From contig NW_027362767.1 of the NCBI RefSeq assembly GCF_046119375.1, positions 403,868,001 to 403,932,000 of the forward strand: a DNA stretch of 64,000 nt, read 5' to 3'. The notes below the pieces were generated by a model. The model was not told the origin of the DNA. It was given only the letters and a program-made list of their open reading frames with translations, and did no database searches. Position 1 is the first letter of the stretch. Every line of letters begins with the position of its first letter. Below, one piece after another: positions 60,176 to 64,000 of this stretch. The stretch comes from Phyllobates terribilis (taxonomy: Eukaryota). The position numbers were made by a program, and so were the translations under genes.

Positions 60176-60358
60176 TTTATCACTGCGGCAGTTCCCTTGG
60201 TTGGAGCCCTGAGTTTTCCTTCCGGGCACTCCAGGTTGGTTCTTCGTGGGGACCCCGCCTGGCCGTATATGGGGACATGGGAAACGACAACGCTCAGTCC
60301 TTATCAAGGCTCCAGAAGGAAACGCAAATGGAAATGTATGATGCCATACTTCATGTTG
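60176..60358 (+). CDS. ACP7: ACP7 coding exon 3
   Basis: YHCGSSLGWS...PRLAVYGDMG...MYDAILHVG includes the GDxG metal motif; 183 nt, phase 1/1. Confidence 0.95.
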
Positions 60359-60449
60359 GTAAGTGTGATAGTTTTAGGGTTATGATCCAGGGTTATTCTG
60401 TTCTTTTTTAGAAATTGGAAATTGCATAAATAGTAATTTCCCACAATAG

Positions 60450-62060
60450 TGTTACTGAGGTCATGTACAGCGCCTCATGCAAACTACCCTGAAAAATTAT
60501 GGTGGTTCCCATTTCCCGAACCCTCCCGCCTTGATTGACGCCCCTTTGGCTCTGATATATTATCACACGCCAATTTTGGTGGTATCCAGCGCATGCGCAG
60601 CGCGAAGAAGAAGCGGCGGCCGGTACAGCTCACTTCACTGCGCTTGCAGCAAAATGGGATATTGTGACTATTGCTAATTACTCTGAAGAGTCATGGAGGT
60701 GGTTCCGGTCTCCCAAGCACTTTGACCAGACCCTCTCTGGGTTGATTGACATCCCTTTTGCTCTGATAAATCATCACAAGACACCTCCACTGGCAGACAC
60801 AGTGCGGAGACGGAGCGGAGGTCATTACAGGTCACTTCACTGAGTTTGCAGCAAGAGGGACAATGCACCTATTGCTAATTACCCTTAAAGGTCATGGAGG
60901 TCGTTCCTGCTTCCTGAACACTTGGCCAGGACCCTTCCTGCCTTCATTGATGTCCCTCTGACCAGCTATGGTGGCATCCAGTGCATGCGGAGGCCAGAAC
61001 TGATCACTTCACTGCGCTTGCATTGCATGATTATTGAGCAGCAAGAGGAACATTGCACCTATTGCTATTTACCCAGAAAAGTCAGGGAGGTCGTCCCTGC
61101 TTCCTGAACATATGGTCAGGACCCTTCTTGCCTTTATGATGTCCCTCTAAGCAGCTATGGTGGCATCCAATGCATGCATGCGCAGTGCGGATAAGAAGCG
61201 GAGGGCAATGCTGGGCACTTCACTGCACTTGCATTTGATGATTATTGCGCAGCAAGAGGAACATTGCTCCTATTGCTAATTACCCTGAAGAGTCACAGAG
61301 GTGGATCCTGTCCACCATGCAATCACACCGTCCAGTTCCTTCCTGGCTTTATTGACGACCCTGTTGTCGGTAGCATCGAATGTAAGCACAATATTGAGAA
61401 TAAGCTGAGGCCAGTTCATCTCGCTTCACTGCACATACACTGGATCCGGATGGGACATTGCACCTCTTGCTTATCCAAAAGAGTCAAGGAGGTGGTTCCT
61501 CTCTCCCTAACAGGCTTGGATAGTCTCCCCTTGTCCGGTATACATCATGATAAGCCAGCTATGGTGGCTTCCAGTGTACAGAAGAAAGCTAAGGCCAATA
61601 CACCATGCTTAGGTATGCATGTGCCAGATGCCGATAGAGCCGCATTTTGCTAATTACCATGAAGAGTCATGGAGGTCGTTCTTGACCTCCCACAATAAAA
61701 TCCAACTGGCCAGCCCCTCCATGACTTACCAGTGTATGTGCAGTGCGGTGATGAAGCTGAGGCCAGTACGACGCGCTTCGCTAAACATGTGCCAGATGCC
61801 GGTGGAGCGACTACATGGACATTGCATCTCTTGCTTAATATTCTGAAGAGTCTTGGAGATGGTTCCGCTCTTACACACAATCCCATTTCCTGGCTGGTAC
61901 TTATTTTAATTGATGTCCCCATATCTGGGATACGTCATCACAAGCCCGCTCCGGTGGCATCTAAGACATGTGCAACGTGGAGATGAAGCGGAGGCCCGTA
62001 CACTGCTCTCCACTGCGCATACTCCAAATACTGATGGAGCGGCCCAGGAGATGTCAATCA
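60450..62060. repeat. Old diverged ~195-bp tandem repeat, about 8 copies
   Basis: ATTGCTAATTACCCTGAAGAGTCATGGAGGTGGTTCC-like anchor near 60670, 60872, 61064, 61271, 61465, 61645 and 61830. Confidence 0.8.
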
Positions 62061-62144
62061 AGCCAGGAAGGGGCAACAATGGGGACAGTATAGGTGCAGG
62101 TCTCTTGCACAAAGTAAAGTCCTTTCTGTTTCTATTTCTTGCAG

Positions 62145-62170
62145 GTGATTTTGCCTATGATATGGACGAG
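62145..62170 (+). CDS. ACP7: ACP7 26-nt micro-exon (GDFAYDMDE)
   Basis: GDxxY metal-ligand motif; TTGCAG acceptor and GTAAAA donor; phase 1/0. Confidence 0.9.
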
Positions 62171-62326
62171 GTAAAATATCTTTATATCCTGCTAACGCGC
62201 TAAAACATAGCTGCTTTCTTTTGAGGAACAGCGCCCCTTTTGTCAATAGACAGCGTGTGGTATTGCAACCATGGAAATCGGGTTGATGCCTGTCCTAGCA
62301 CGGTCACGTCCTCCCCTCTCTTCTAG

Positions 62327-62424
62327 GATGACGCTCAAGTAGGTGATGAGTTCATGCGACAGATCGAGTCGGTGGCAGCTTACGTTCCCTACATGACATC
62401 TCCTGGAAACCACGAAGAGAAATA
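62327..62424 (+). CDS. ACP7: ACP7 exon with GNHE motif (gene continues beyond window)
   Basis: DDAQVGDEFMRQIESVAAYVPYMTSPGNHEEK; 98 nt, phase 0/2. Confidence 0.95.
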
Positions 62425-64000
62425 GTGAGTTGTGACTTATCATTCCCATTATAAGCCAGTTATTGATTTTCAGCTCTTGGACCGCAAAGACCCTCTCATA
62501 CCCTAAATTAGATCAGCAATAATACTGGTGTCTTCATTGGATTCCCCCCGGGTCCAACATTATGTGTTGATTTCTCTCTTAAAATATTTTTTTCCATATT
62601 TTATAATTCAGAGTTCCAAATCCCCTGCATAGATGAAGAGTTACATGAACAAAAAATCTTTTCTACCTGCATCCACCACTTGGGGGAGCTCAAGAGCTTA
62701 CCGCATACTGTATTTTTATTAACCCCTTCCCGACTTTGTGATTTTTTTTTTTTTTTTTTTAATTGTTTTCGATCTTTTTTTTTATTCCGTCCCTCCTTCC
62801 CAGAAGTGTAACTTTATTATTTTTCCATCGACATAGCCGGTTTGTTGCGGGATGGGTTGTAGTTTTGAATGACACCATTCACTGTACTGGAAAATGTGGA
62901 AAAAATTACAAGTGCGGAGAAATTGCAAAAAATATATGCAGTTCCGCAATTGTTGTTTGCATTTTGTTTTTACACCATTCATTCATGTTGTAGAAATAAC
63001 TTGGCATATATACGATTCTCAAGGTCAGCGTGATTACAGCAATACCAAACTTGTATCTATATTTTTTTATTTCAATTAGAAATTCATAGGAAAAAAATGT
63101 GCTTGTGTCGCTATTTTTCGAGACCTGTAATGTTTTCTTTTTTTTTTTTTTTTTTGATTGATAGAGCAGTTTTAGGGCTTGTGTTTTGCCATGTATTGTA
63201 GGGTTATTTTTTTTTAATCGTTACCGTTTTGGGGTAGTTATCACATTTTGATTGTTTCTTATTGCATTTTTTTGCGGAGTTGCGCCGACCAAAAATATCG
63301 CAATTTTGGTGTTCTTTGTGATTTTTGTCTTATTTGTACCAATCAGGTTAATTAATTTTATATTTTGACAGATACTTTTACGGATGCGGCAATACCAAAT
63401 ATGTTTTTTTTTTTAATTGAGGAAAAGGAAGGTGATTTTAATCTTTATTTTTGTTATATGTTTTACTTTTTAAAAAAAAATAAAAAAAATTCTACTATAA
63501 TTTTTTGTCCCCTTAGGAGACTTGAGCCAGCGACCATCTGATTGCTTATACTGTACTATCTACTGCAATACCAAAGTCTCCTATGAAGCTCAGCCACAGG
63601 CTAGTCTTCACGGGAACAACATCATGGCAGGCATGGACTGCCATGCCATTGCAACCTGATCACCATAATTATTGTTTTGATTGAACTTCATATCCTGCAG
63701 AATGGAGGCAGCGATTAGAACACTAAAAGTGCGTTTTTTTTTATTTTTTTTTATAAGGGCTATATTCCCTACAAGGCTATGTGCTTAGGTTATATTGTCA
63801 GTTTGGGCAGACACACTCCCTTTAAAGTGGACCTTTAAAAAAATTTAGTTAAATACCTTGCAAAAATCACTGAGCTCCCCCAATTTTGACGCTCTTTTCC
63901 GTTTTGTGTTGCGTCGCTCCTTTGCAGAGATATTCACATTTGTTTCTTCTGGAGCGTAGCATGTGAAATCTCTGCAAATGGGTGTTTCTTCAGAGTCTTC

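Noticed and set aside
1-64000. tRNA, rRNA, snoRNA or miRNA genes
   Set aside because: None recognised by eye; the hairpins found have transposon termini or TSDs. tRNAscan-SE and Infernal/Rfam would be needed to exclude them.

Overview
Vertebrate nuclear DNA, most likely a neobatrachian frog (inferred from repeat content, not provable here). The gene order matches human 19q13.2: SARS2 (-, exons 1-3 and the start of exon 4), head-to-head with MRPS12 (+, complete) across a CCAAT-rich bidirectional promoter; two tandem, apparently intact FBA-family F-box lectin genes (FBXO17/FBXO27-like, -); then the 5' half of ACP7 (+). Introns and intergenic DNA hold a nearly intact Tc1, an irritans-type mariner, a full-length Ty3/gypsy chromovirus inside an 86-bp satellite, a structurally complete DIRS1 element, a solo LTR, a CR1 fragment, many MITEs and several minisatellites. 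Most notable: the chromovirus shows a Tf1-like self-priming signature and a PEG10-type -1 frameshift signal; two related minisatellites around SARS2 exon 2 carry about 57 co-oriented CTCF-like motifs; and only one of the two F-box paralogues has an N-myristoylation motif. No clearly new system can be established from sequence alone; these are testable hypotheses. All exon models, alignments and counts were read by eye.
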